From Deltaproteobacteria bacterium (GTDB lineage Bacteria > Myxococcota_A > UBA9160 > SMWR01), in assembly GCA_032128375.1 (NCBI GenBank), contig JAQBGU010000061.1:1-44129 (forward strand): 44,129 bases of DNA. The letters run 5' to 3'. Below the pieces are notes generated by a model. That model saw only the letters and a list, made by a program, of their open reading frames with translations, ran no database searches and had not been told where the DNA came from. Positions 1 through 9,606 of the stretch are shown piece by piece (the first letter of the stretch is position 1; every line of letters begins with the position of its first letter). Both the position numbers and the translations under genes were made by a program.

Positions 1-1286
1 CGCAGCGCCTTGTCGAGGTCGACGAACATCCACGCGTTGTTGGCCGTGACCACGAGGCAAGCCGCCAGCAACATCGCGTGTCGAACCGAAAATTGGCTGT
101 ACGCATACAGGTGCGAAATCAAAACCAGCAGCGGCAAGGCCGTGTGGGCGGAAAAAATCACCGGCTGGCCATTCGCCCGATAGCCGTAGTGAAGCGCGAG
201 GTTGAACAGGATGAAGGCGAGGGCAAGCCGTGCATCAGGGCTACGGGCCGCTTTGCCGAGCGTGCTGCCTGGCAGCAGCGGTACCAAAAAGCCCAGGAAC
301 ACAGCCAGCGTGATCCCGTACAGCGGTGTCGCCCAGCTGCCGAATTGGACCATCTGCTGCGGACCCTCGATTGTGTCCACGACCTCCACCGAGAGTCTGG
401 GGGCGACGAGCGTATCGATGGTGAACGATCTCAGCTCCGCCGCCACGTCAGCAGGAACGAAGGGACGCGTGAAGTCGAGAAATGGGTCCTTTCGGGAAAC
501 GAGTGCTTGCACACGGGTGTAATCCGTCTCGTGCCGGATGCGCTCGGTGAACACCGAACTTTGCAACTCGATCATCAACACGAGGACCGCGGCCGTTGCG
601 GCTACGAACCCGAGTAGGGAGCCAATCCGGCGCAGCTGGCTTGCGTGCGCCCGGTAGCTGGCGCTCAACTGCGCGAGCGCAACGTACGCGGCGTTGGGAG
701 CTGTCAACCCGATCGCCAGTGCAGACACCACGACATTGATGCCGAACGCGAGCGGGCGTCGTATGGGTTGCGCAAAGCGCGGCTCGCTCAGGAAGAACGC
801 GACGCAGATGAAGGTCGCGTTGACGGCGAATGTGTCCGGAATCGCCGCCATCAGCCACCGAGCGGCTGCGACACCGTGGAGGAATGTAAAAAGAAACGCG
901 TCGCGCGAGCTGCTGCAGATTCGGCGGAAGAGAAACCACGACAGAAAGACGCCCAAGGCAGCGTAGGCCGATACCACGAGGCGAACCGACTCATTTCGTG
1001 AACTACCCAGCCATACCAGTGCGTCCGACACTGGCGCGATCACCGTGAGGAACAGCGGATGGCGCTCATAGATGGTCGGATGCTGCCCGTATTGGACGTC
1101 GCTCGTCACTCGGAAGGCATCAGCATCGAACAAGAAGTTGTAGAAGTACGTGTTCGTCGCCTCCAGGTCGACGGAATTCGCGTAAAGGGCGAAGAAACCC
1201 AGACAAAGCGCAACACAGCCGGCAATCTCGATGCCGCGCGTCCGAGGAAAGCTTCCATCGGGGGACGTACCACAACCTAGCGTCAT
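1..1286 (-). CDS. Multi-pass membrane protein, possibly GT-C/DUF6080-like; truncated at the window edge
   Basis: Absent from the ORF track because no stop falls in the window. Hand translation from ATG 1286 gives MTLGCGTSPDGSFPRTRGIEIAGCVALCLGFFALYANS...FLFDADAFRV...ERHPLFLTVI, and the same frame near base 1 reads ALAFILFNLALHYGY...NNAWMFVDLDKAL, with many hydrophobic segments. The middle was not checked codon by codon and the family call is tentative. Confidence 0.7.
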   Translation of the reverse strand, partial: MTLGCGTSPDGSFPRTRGIEIAGCVALCLGFFALYANSVDLEATNTYFYNFLFDADAFRVTSDVQYGQHPTIYERHPLFLTVIAPVSDALVWLGSSRNESVRLVVSAYAALGVFLSWFLFRRICSSSRDAFLFTFLHGVAAARWLMAAIPDTFAVNATFICVAFFLSEPRFAQPIRRPLAFGINVVVSALAIGLTAPNAAYVALAQLSASYRAHASQLRRIGSLLGFVAATAAVLVLMIELQSSVFTERIRHETDYTRVQALVSRKDPFLDFTRPFVPADVAAELRSFTIDTLVAPRLSVEVVDTIEGPQQMVQFGSWATPLYGITLAVFLGFLVPLLPGSTLGKAARSPDARLALAFILFNLALHYGYRANGQPVIFSAHTALPLLVLISHLYAYSQFSVRHAMLLAACLVVTANNAWMFVDLDKAL

Positions 1287-1605
1287 GTCACGAGGCTCTT
1301 GCCGTCGCCTCGGAACCGACGTGTCCTGTGACGTGTCGCTTCCGAGCCAGCTCGCGAAGTGTGTAGAGCACGGATTGCGATCGCTCTGATACGTGACACA
1401 TTCCGGATGCCGTGCTCGGAAATGGCCTCACTCATCGTCGCGACCTCCGCGTCGCCAAAGAGGCGCGTTCACGATGACAACGCATCCAACGACTTCCCGC
1501 TTTGACGACCGGAGAAGCGTTTCACGCTTGATGCTGCCGCGGACGGCGGTGCGGATCAAGAGCAGAGCGTTTCGGCGCGGGTCGCATCGCCGCCAGCAAG
1601 CAGTT

Positions 1606-2889
1606 CTACGGTTCGAGGTGCGCGAAGAGATCTCGCCGAACTTGGGGGTTGCTGAGCTTCCAGAGCACCCCGTCGGTGAAGTAGTGGTGGATGGCCAGGA
1701 ACGCCGGAATCATCCGGGCGGTTGCGGCCGCGGCGGGGGGCAGTGAGAGGAGCGACCCCAAAGCCTGGGACACGAAGACGACCAGGAACCAGAAGAGCGC
1801 GCAGCCGCCGACGAGAGCCACCACGCCGAGCGACAGCATCCGCACCGGAACGGCGTGGCGCCGGACCACGAATGCGGTTCCGAGCAGTACCACCGAGAGT
1901 CCCATCGCGGAAACGGGCGCAGCGTTGACCCAATAGAAGAATTTGCCTTGGAGGTGGGGAACCCCGAAGAAGAGGGGGATTGCCAGCACGAAGCAGACCA
2001 CGGCCCCGATCACGTAGCGGCGTGGCGACGCCGCGTCGGCCCGGGCGCGGTTCAACTCCAACCGCGCGGTGAACGGCAGGTATTGGATCGCATGGGCGAG
2101 TTGCACCAGGATGATGCAAAAGGGGTAGCGCGCCATGAGCGCGTACCAGCAGTGTATTGCCAGCCAGGGTACGAAAATCCGCGCGGCCGGGATGCGCCCG
2201 ATGCGTCGGTACATCTTGATGAACCCCACGCTGCCCACGGCGAACGCGAGGCCGATCGCGCTGGTCAGCAGTGGAAACACTGCGTGGACCGCGTCGTGGA
2301 CGGCGCCCAGACCGCTCGTGAGGTCGAAGCCCCAGGCTACGTGCCACGCCAGCAGAATATTCAGACTGGAGCGGAGCCAGCGACGCTCGTCTGCGGTGAA
2401 CGGCGTTCGCTCGATGATCGCGAAAGTCGACATCATGCCCCAGCTCTGTCCGGTGTAATGCCAGGCCAGGTAGCAGCCGCTCGCAAAGGCGATGAGTCCG
2501 ACACCGAGGCCCGTGATGCCGCTTGCGCTGAGGAACACGCCCATACCGCAGACCAGAGCGACGAGGCACGGCAGGTAGATCGATGCCCACTTATGGAGCA
2601 GACGGGTCTCTTTCGAGCGGTACACGAGCCAGTAGGAGGCGAAGAAGTGCGGAAAGTTGAGGGCCGCGGTCCAGACGAGCAGATCGGCGCCGAGGCGCCC
2701 AGAGGCCACGTGAAACGGTTCGAGGGGGTCGGCGCCCGGGAAGCCGAGCAGCAACATCGGTATGAACACCGCGATCGAAAGGCCACCGCACAGGGCCAGG
2801 TCGACTTCTTCCGATACGATCGCGCGCCGCGCGCCGCGCATGCTTGCGCTACCAGCGGTGGCGGGTGCGCTGGTCTGCTCTGAGGACAC
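1606..2889 (-). CDS. Uncharacterised multi-pass membrane protein with four His motifs (putative metalloenzyme)
   Basis: Part of ORF 1606..3054. Motifs PHFFASY, WHYTGQSWG, HAIQYL and HHYFTDGVLWKL. Likely start is GTG 2889 with GGAG 7 nt upstream; start uncertain. Confidence 0.75.
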   Translation of the reverse strand: MSSEQTSAPATAGSASMRGARRAIVSEEVDLALCGGLSIAVFIPMLLLGFPGADPLEPFHVASGRLGADLLVWTAALNFPHFFASYWLVYRSKETRLLHKWASIYLPCLVALVCGMGVFLSASGITGLGVGLIAFASGCYLAWHYTGQSWGMMSTFAIIERTPFTADERRWLRSSLNILLAWHVAWGFDLTSGLGAVHDAVHAVFPLLTSAIGLAFAVGSVGFIKMYRRIGRIPAARIFVPWLAIHCWYALMARYPFCIILVQLAHAIQYLPFTARLELNRARADAASPRRYVIGAVVCFVLAIPLFFGVPHLQGKFFYWVNAAPVSAMGLSVVLLGTAFVVRRHAVPVRMLSLGVVALVGGCALFWFLVVFVSQALGSLLSLPPAAAATARMIPAFLAIHHYFTDGVLWKLSNPQVRRDLFAHLEP

Positions 2890-3076
2890 GATCGGGCTCC
2901 AGTCGGGATGCGCGTCGAATCTACCTGACCGCCCCGGGCGCCGCTCAATGCAGGGCCTGGTTGGCGCAACGGAATCGACGAGAAGGTCGCGTCGGGAGGT
3001 CTCGGGCGCCGAGGAAGCCGGTTTGCCACGCATGGCGTCGCCACCGCGTTTCAAGCGAATTGTCCACTACATCGGC

Positions 3077-3125
3077 GTCAAGGTATCCTTGACATGGGAC
3101 CGAAATGTGTCAAGGTGGACTTGAC
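3077..3125. promoter_or_regulatory. Two palindromic operators GTCAAG-N5-CTTGAC overlapping a TTGACA -35 box
   Basis: GTCAAGGTATCCTTGAC (3077-3093) and GTCAAGGTGGACTTGAC (3109-3125), starts 32 bp apart. TTGACA at 3089-3094 and RBS AAGGAGG at 3131-3137. Confidence 0.75.
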
Positions 3126-3144
3126 GTACAAAGGAGGAGCGACG

Positions 3145-3486
3145 ATGGCGCGAAGAAGTCAGAACCTGCACTGTTCGTTCTGCGGCCAGAGCGAGGCCGA
3201 AGTGAGCAAGCTCCTGGCAGGGCCAAAGGTCCACATCTGTGGCCATTGCGTGGGATTGTGTCACGACATATTGGAGGCGGACGGAACGCCGCCCTTTGCC
3301 AACTTGAGCGACCTTTCGGATCAGGAGATTCTGCTCACGTTGAAGGCGACAAAGGTCGCGGCGGAGTCGCTACACGGGTTGCTGTATGAACGAGTCGACG
3401 AACTACACAGAAGAGAAGTGAGTTGGGCAGCGATCGGCAATGCCCTCGGCATCTCGCGACAGGCAGCCTGGGAGCGCTTTTCATAG
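3145..3486 (+). CDS. ClpX C4-type zinc finger fused to a C-terminal HTH; putative transcriptional regulator
   Basis: CSFCGQ...[14 protein letters not shown] is the ClpX zinc-binding pattern. The C-terminal [20 protein letters not shown] is an HTH signature. Strong RBS before ATG 3145. Confidence 0.88.
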   Translation: MARRSQNLHCSFCGQSEAEVSKLLAGPKVHICGHCVGLCHDILEADGTPPFANLSDLSDQEILLTLKATKVAAESLHGLLYERVDELHRREVSWAAIGNALGISRQAAWERFS

Positions 3487-4046
3487 GGCTCGCCGCCTGG
3501 CTGCACCCGACCTGTTGATCTACGACCCGCTGCGGCCCGACAGCCCGATACGAATCGGGATCAATCAAGGGATACTGGCGCCCATGCTCCGCTCGTCGGG
3601 CGCGACCGCGATCATCGGGAAACCCGGGATCGAAAAATCGCGGCTTACCGGCATGCGCCTTGTGAACGACAATACGGTCACGCCACTGCCACCGAGCAAG
3701 ATCAACTCGCTCGCGTGTGAAGTGGGCATTGCGCTCAGATGACCCACGTCGCCCAGATCGCCCACGTCATGGACGGCCGCGCCGACTGGGACGGGTCCCG
3801 TCCAGTTCGGTGACTCGGGGAGCGAACCATCGAGCCCCCGTTATCCATTGATCTCGGGGAAAATTGTCGAAGACCGGAACGGGTGTGACCGGATCTGTCT
3901 CAACCAGCGCGTATCCAATCCCTGAGCCGCTGCTCGGCCCCCAACGCAATCTCTCAGGGCGCGCACCCCATCGTCGGACCTGAAGTCCGAGAATTCGAGA
4001 ATGAGAGACCCCATCGAAAGACTCGCGTCCGGGCGGCGGCTCACAA

Positions 4047-4078
4047 TTGGAATCGCGTTGGAATCGCGTTGGAATCGA
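4047..4078. repeat. 11-bp tandem repeat TTGGAATCGCG, about 2.8 copies
   Basis: ttggaatcgcg ttggaatcgcg ttggaatcga read directly. Confidence 0.8.
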
Positions 4079-4186
4079 GAGGCGGTCAATTGGTCAATCG
4101 GAAGACGGCCAATCGCCAACCGAGAAGGGGACTCGACTTGCTGCGCACAATCGAGCCGCGGGAGCTGGGACGCGCGGAACTCGCGA

Positions 4187-5548
4187 TCAGATCGAAATTG
4201 TTTTCCAGCGGCCCTGTCGGAAGCGCTCCGCGAGGATCGCGCCTTTCGTCGCATAGTCGACCACCAGACACATCCAAACCGCGGCGATCGTGCCTTCGAA
4301 AACGTGAATTACGACCAGCGCGCCGCCCAACCGGAACACGAATAGCCCGATCAGCGTGGCGAAGAGCGGAAAGCGCGTGTCCCCGGCCCCGCGCAGCGAT
4401 CCCCCTACACCGAACTCCAGCGCCATCAGGGGTTGCGCGGTGCTGACGATCATCAAGAACGTCACCGCCATCGACGCCGTGGCGGCAGATATGGCTCCAA
4501 ACCAGCTGACAATCGTCTCGGCCCCCAGCGCAATCATCAAGCCCAGCGCCGACATCGCACAGGCGGCGCCCAGCGTCGCGTGCCAGCCGGCTCGCGCGGC
4601 GGCTTCGGGATCGCCGGCCCCGAGGTGCTGCCCGACCAGAGTCGCCGCTGCGATCTGGAACCCCATGCCCGGTATCAACGAAAAGGCGATGACGCGAACT
4701 CCGATGAAATAGCCCGATACGGCATGCGTACCGAAATCCGCGAAGACGGCAACGAACAGGAACAGCCCCATGTGGAAGGCGAGCTGCTCGAGGGCGGTCG
4801 GGATTCCGATTTGCGCGACGCGCCGGCACAGGTCGAAGTCGATCCGGTCGCGCAGCCCGACGGGCTTCAGAACCAATGAATGACTCAGCCACAGAGCAAC
4901 GTAGATCGCTGCAGCGAGTGTGTACGACAGCACGGTCGCAAGCGCCGAGCCATCGGCGCCCAGCTCTGGTGCGCCCCAATGCCCGAAGATCAACATGTAG
5001 TCGCCGATGACGTTGGCGATGTTCATCACCAGGCCGACCACGAGTGGGGTACGCACGTCACCCGCGCCGCGCATCGCGCTGGCAAACGCAATCGAGATCG
5101 CGAGCGGCACACCACCGAACATCAGGATCCGCAGGTAGGATCCACCGATCGCGACGACTTCCGGCTCGACCCCGAACAGCGAAACGTATGCGTCGCAGTA
5201 CGGCGCCGCGGCCGTCAACACGAGACCCAGACCGGCCGCGAGTATCAATGATGCGCGAACGACCGAATCGGCCCGCGGCTGATCCCCGGCGCCGGTGGCG
5301 CGCGCAACCAGTGCGACCGTACCGGTAGCGATCGCCGCGATCATCGAAAGCGCTGTGAACTGCAGTTGCGATCCGACCCCTACGCCGGCCACCACGTCGG
5401 ATCCCAGATGCGAGACGAAGACCAGATCGATCAGGCCGACACTGGACTGCAGCGCGAAGGTCACGATCGACGGCCAGGCCAGCTGCCAGACGCCTCGGAT
5501 CTGCGATCCCCTCGAGGTGATTGTCGGGCCCAGATCGCGAGCTGTCAT
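4187..5548 (-). CDS. MATE family efflux transporter
   Basis: VWQLAWPSIV, DLVFVSHLGSDVVAGVG, RGAGDVRTPL and RGAGDTRFPL; two-half internal repeat with about 12 TM segments. Start at ATG 5548 inferred. Confidence 0.92.
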   Translation of the reverse strand: MTARDLGPTITSRGSQIRGVWQLAWPSIVTFALQSSVGLIDLVFVSHLGSDVVAGVGVGSQLQFTALSMIAAIATGTVALVARATGAGDQPRADSVVRASLILAAGLGLVLTAAAPYCDAYVSLFGVEPEVVAIGGSYLRILMFGGVPLAISIAFASAMRGAGDVRTPLVVGLVMNIANVIGDYMLIFGHWGAPELGADGSALATVLSYTLAAAIYVALWLSHSLVLKPVGLRDRIDFDLCRRVAQIGIPTALEQLAFHMGLFLFVAVFADFGTHAVSGYFIGVRVIAFSLIPGMGFQIAAATLVGQHLGAGDPEAAARAGWHATLGAACAMSALGLMIALGAETIVSWFGAISAATASMAVTFLMIVSTAQPLMALEFGVGGSLRGAGDTRFPLFATLIGLFVFRLGGALVVIHVFEGTIAAVWMCLVVDYATKGAILAERFRQGRWKTISI

Positions 5549-5727
5549 AAGGCGCTGCTGGGCGGCATGCACTCTTTTTGCCATCCAATTTGCAAAGCTG
5601 CAAAGCCGGTGATCGCAGGAAAGGAGGCCGGACGACAAATGGTGCTGCTGCGACTGGCGAGCAACAGTGAAGTAGATCACAGTTCGCTCACATTACGGGT
5701 GAAAATGCCCCCGGTCGATTGGAGAAA

Positions 5728-6372
5728 ATGGCTGAAGTGAACAATCCGCTGCCTATCGAGCCGTCGAGGAATCTGTCGCCGATGGAGTCCACCTGCTCGA
5801 TGGTCAGGGCAATGCGCTCGCCGTGGAAACACAGGCTGGCGTCGTGCTCGTCGATGCCGGTCCCGGCCGCGGCAAGACCAAGGCCATGATCGAGAGCCTT
5901 CGTGACAAGACGGACGCGCCGCTGATGGCAATCCGCTATTCGCATGGCCATCTCGGCGACAAACGGGTGTTCCGCTGTGGCAGGAACATGCGGCCGAGGC
6001 GCGGCGACCGAGCGCCGCGACTCATCGCACACGAGCGGATCGTCGAGCGCTTTCGCCGCTACCGCGAAACTGCGCCGCTCCAGCTTCGCTTTGCAGAGAT
6101 CCAATTTCGGATGCCGATCGGCGCGATCCCCGAGCCGCTCGAGATCACCGACCCCACAGAGAACGGGAGAACTGCAGCTCGCGTTGCATGTGATCGACCT
6201 GCTGGCATTCGCGCCTGGTGACGATGAGGAATTGCAGACGGCTCGTCAGCTCGAAGCCGATTGGCTGCGCGAGTGCGCGAACCACACGGCGAGTTTCGTT
6301 TCGAAGAGCCTGTATTTGTCTTCGGCGAAGCTGATCGAGTCGGGCAACGGAGATGCGGTCGGAATTCGCTGA
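5728..6372 (+). pseudogene. Decayed alkyl-sulfatase / MBL-fold hydrolase (frameshifts plus internal deletion)
   Basis: ATG 5728 with a GGAG RBS is out of frame with ESVADGVHLLDGQGNALAVETQAGVVLVDAG...YSHGHLG...LIAHERIVERFRRY. The sequence then jumps in another frame to a C-terminal-like GELQLALHVIDLLA...SFVSKSLY. The central catalytic part is absent. Confidence 0.75.
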
Positions 6373-6406
6373 TGGGGGCCAACGCGATACGGGCGGTGTT
6401 TGGGGC

Positions 6407-7804
6407 TCAGTCGGGGAGAGTGACGCGCAGGTGAAACGACTTCGGACGCGTCAACGCCTCGAAGCCGACGCTCGATAGCGTGCAACCCCGCCCCGAGTCC
6501 TTCACACCGGTCCATGCGAGGGCGGGGTCGAGGTAGTCGCAGCGGTTCATGAACCACGTCCCGGTCTCCACGCGATCGCCCAGTGCGAGCGCCGTCTGTT
6601 CGTCACGGGTCCACACCGAGGCCGTCAATCCAAAATCGCTGTCGTTCATCCGCTCCACGGCCTCATTGTCGCCGCTGACCTTCTCGATGCCGACGACCGG
6701 GCCGAAGCTCTCCTCGGTCATGACGCGCATCGAGTGGTCGACGTCGACGAGCACCTGGGGCGCCAGGTACGGGCTGTCGTCCGTGGCGTACGCGAATGCG
6801 GAAGTGTCGATCAGAGCGCGTGCCCCGGCGGCGAGCGCGTCGTTGACCTGACCGCGGACCCAGTCGGCCGCCTTCGCATTGATGACCGGGCCCAGGTTGG
6901 TCTCGGGATCAGTCGGGTCGCCCAGACGGTACTGCTGCACTTTGGCGGCGAAAGCGCCCACGAAGTCGTCGTACACCGATTCGTGAACATAGATTCGTTC
7001 GATCCCGCAGCACGACTGACCCGAATTGAAAAACGCGCCGTCGACAAGGTTTTCGACTGCGTGATCGAGCGCTGCGTCGGGCCGGACGTACGCGGGATCC
7101 TTGCCACCGAGTTCGAGTCCGACTCCGATAAACCGGTCGACCGCTGCGTGCTGGATCGATCGACCCGCGGCGACAGAACCGGTGAACGCGACAAAGTCGA
7201 TGCCGGGGCTGGCTATCAACCGCTCGGTGTCGGCATGGCTGGTGTGCAACACGCTGAACAACCCCGGTGGCGCGTCCGCGGCGGCGAATGCCTGCGCGAT
7301 TCGTTCCGCGCACAGTGGCGTCTGCGCGGAGTGCCGCAGGATCAACGCGTTGCCGGCGAGAATCGCCGGTACGATCGAGTTGACCGCGGTCAGGTAGGGG
7401 TAGTTCCACGGCGCCACCGTCAGAACCACGCCGAGCGGTTCACGCCGCACGAAGCGCGAGAACCCGGGCAGCGCCGCGGGCTCGATATCTTCGAGCGATT
7501 GGGCTGCGATCTCGATCATGTGGCGAGCGCGCTCTTCGAAGCCGGCAACTTCGCCGGCCGCCTGCCGGATCGGGCGCCCCATCTGCCAACTGATTTCTCG
7601 CGCGATCTCATCGCCTTGGGCGACGAATGCATCGACCATCCGCGTGCAAACCGCCGCGCGGTCCGCGACCGGGATGCGCCGCCAATGCCTCTGCGACTCG
7701 CGCGCTGCCATCAACGCGGCATCGATCTCCTCGCCGGTTGCCAGCGGGCGTTCGACGTAGACCCGCCCATCCACCGGAGAAATGGTCCGCAACATACCCG
7801 ACAT
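6407..7804 (-). CDS. Aldehyde dehydrogenase family protein
   Basis: APWNYP, FTGSV, LELGGKDP, FNSGQSCC and EESFGPV motifs; GGAGG RBS before ATG 7804. Confidence 0.95.
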   Translation of the reverse strand: MSGMLRTISPVDGRVYVERPLATGEEIDAALMAARESQRHWRRIPVADRAAVCTRMVDAFVAQGDEIAREISWQMGRPIRQAAGEVAGFEERARHMIEIAAQSLEDIEPAALPGFSRFVRREPLGVVLTVAPWNYPYLTAVNSIVPAILAGNALILRHSAQTPLCAERIAQAFAAADAPPGLFSVLHTSHADTERLIASPGIDFVAFTGSVAAGRSIQHAAVDRFIGVGLELGGKDPAYVRPDAALDHAVENLVDGAFFNSGQSCCGIERIYVHESVYDDFVGAFAAKVQQYRLGDPTDPETNLGPVINAKAADWVRGQVNDALAAGARALIDTSAFAYATDDSPYLAPQVLVDVDHSMRVMTEESFGPVVGIEKVSGDNEAVERMNDSDFGLTASVWTRDEQTALALGDRVETGTWFMNRCDYLDPALAWTGVKDSGRGCTLSSVGFEALTRPKSFHLRVTLPD

Positions 7805-7986
7805 GAAACCTCCCTGGCGCGAAGATTTTCCCCTGTGCAGGCGTCCAGCTGGCACTCGAGTGCGCAGTCTCTCTGGGGTCTTCGATCAGAACAGTCGCAC
7901 AACTCTCGACGGATCTCCCGATCTTCCCGAACCGATGTACGCTGCTAGAAGACTGCGAGATACCGATCGAAGCGAGGACAACCCGA

Positions 7987-8781
7987 ATGCAGCTCGATGA
8001 ACTCACCGACGTCACGTATCGGATCGAAAACGGCTTGGCGTGGATCACGATCGACCGCCCGAATCGACTGAACGCGTTTCGCGCTCGAACCGTCGACGAA
8101 ATGATCTTCTGTATGAAGTCCGCGTGGGCCGATACCTCGGTGGGTGTCGTCGCGCTCACGGGCGCCGGCGAACGCGCGTTCTGCGTCGGCGGCGATCAGA
8201 AGCAGCGCGCCGAAACCGGTGACTATGGGCCTACCGAAACGGGTCTATTCGAAATCGAAAACCTGCATCGCACGATGCGTGACCTCCCCAAGCCGATCAT
8301 CGCAGCCGTCAATGGTCTTGCGATTGGCGGGGGACACGTACTCCATGTGCTGTGCGACCTGTCGATCGCCGCCGAGCATGCGAAGTTCGGACAAGCGGGG
8401 CCGCGGGTGGGTTCTTTCGACGCGGGCTTTGGCAGCGCGTATATGGCCCGCATCCTCGGTGACAAGCGCGCCCGCGAGGTGTGGTACCTGTGCCGCCAGT
8501 ACGACGCTGCACAAATGCACGAGTGGGGGCTCGTCAATCAAATTGTGCCGATGGACGAATTGCACGCAGAAGTAGGTCGCTGGGCGGACGAGATGCTCGC
8601 CAAGAGTCCAACCGCCCTACGCGTGCTGAAACACTCGTTCAACGCCGATTCGGAGTCGATCGCCGGAATCGGCACGCTGTCATTCGCAGCGCTTGATCTC
8701 TACCTGGAAACGGCCGAGGCGAGCGAAGGGGTCGATGCTTTTGCACAGAAGCGGCAGCCGGACTTTTCGAAATTTCGCTAG
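7987..8781 (+). CDS. badI: MenB/BadI-like crotonase, probable 2-ketocyclohexanecarboxyl-CoA hydrolase
   Basis: AFCVGGDQK, AIGGGHVLHVLCDLSIA, GPRVGSFDAGFG, KRAREVWYLCRQY; immediately followed by a BadH-like SDR. Confidence 0.75.
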   Translation: MQLDELTDVTYRIENGLAWITIDRPNRLNAFRARTVDEMIFCMKSAWADTSVGVVALTGAGERAFCVGGDQKQRAETGDYGPTETGLFEIENLHRTMRDLPKPIIAAVNGLAIGGGHVLHVLCDLSIAAEHAKFGQAGPRVGSFDAGFGSAYMARILGDKRAREVWYLCRQYDAAQMHEWGLVNQIVPMDELHAEVGRWADEMLAKSPTALRVLKHSFNADSESIAGIGTLSFAALDLYLETAEASEGVDAFAQKRQPDFSKFR

Positions 8782-8810
8782 GCCGGGCGGCTGAGTGAGC
8801 GGAGGACAGT

Positions 8811-9542
8811 ATGGCGCGAGCGCGCATAGCTCTGGTTACGGGCGGGGCGGGGGGCATCGGTGCCGAAATCTGCCGCGCTCTGGCTGAGGCGGGCCACCGA
8901 GTCGCTGTGGCCGACCTCGATACCGCGGGTGCAGAGTCGATCGCGAGCGAAGTCGGCGGTTTCGCGCTCGTTGTCGATGTGACGAAACCGGGTTCGGTGT
9001 CGGATGCGATCGAGCGGGCGGGTTCCGTCGAAGTCTGCGTGAATTGTGCGGGCTGGGATCGCTTCATTCCGTTTCTCGATACCGACGAGGTGTTCACGGA
9101 AAAGGTAGTGTCCATCAATCTGCACGGCGCGATACGTGTCACGCGAGCCGTGCTGCCGCACATGGTCGAAGCCGGCTTCGGTCGGATCATCAACATCGCG
9201 TCCGACGCGGGACGCGTCGGCTCATCGCTCGAGGCGGTGTACTCGGCCGCCAAAGGCGGTGTAATCGCGTTTACCAAGACCATCGCGCGCGAGTTCGCGC
9301 GAAACGGCATCACAGCCAATTCCGTCTGTCCCGGGCCCAACGACACTGCGCTGCTGAACGACATCGCGGAAGCCCGCGACAACGGCCAACGGGTGATCGA
9401 GGCATTGAGAAATGCCGCCCCGATGCGGCGGCTCGGCACCCCGCAGGACGTGGCGCCAGCGGTCGCTTTTCTCGCCAGCGACTCTGCGGCGTTCATCACC
9501 GGGCAGACGCTCTCGGTGAGCGGCGGTCTGACGATGGCTTAG
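8811..9542 (+). CDS. badH: SDR oxidoreductase, probable 2-hydroxycyclohexanecarboxyl-CoA dehydrogenase
   Basis: TGGAGGIG, NCAGWD, IASDAGRVGSSLEAVYSAAKGG, VCPGP and C-terminal SVSGGLTMA, typical of BadH. Confidence 0.8.
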   Translation: MARARIALVTGGAGGIGAEICRALAEAGHRVAVADLDTAGAESIASEVGGFALVVDVTKPGSVSDAIERAGSVEVCVNCAGWDRFIPFLDTDEVFTEKVVSINLHGAIRVTRAVLPHMVEAGFGRIINIASDAGRVGSSLEAVYSAAKGGVIAFTKTIAREFARNGITANSVCPGPNDTALLNDIAEARDNGQRVIEALRNAAPMRRLGTPQDVAPAVAFLASDSAAFITGQTLSVSGGLTMA

Positions 9543-9606
9543 GGGTTGGGATGCGCGGAGGCGATCTGACGAGCGGTTGTGCTCTGTGGCGGCGGGGCCC
9601 CGCTGG

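Noticed and set aside
78..1001. Plus-strand ORFs 78..617 and 645..1001, and similar long antisense ORFs elsewhere (e.g. 6734..7948, 28226..29422)
   Set aside because: Antisense shadows of real genes on the opposite strand, as expected at high GC; no recognisable motifs.
1290..1420. Inverted repeats (CTCGGAA/TTCCGAG, GAGCACGG/CCGTGCTC) as a riboswitch or ncRNA
   Set aside because: Short GC-rich stems with no recognisable riboswitch consensus; could be chance.
3145..3486. clpX gene
   Set aside because: Only the zinc-binding domain is present; no AAA+ module.
4047..4078. CRISPR array or iteron
   Set aside because: Fewer than three contiguous 11-bp units with no spacers; no cas or rep gene nearby.
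7850..7866. Sigma-54 promoter (TGGCAC...TGC)
   Set aside because: GG-to-GC spacing is 9 or 11 nt, not the required 10.
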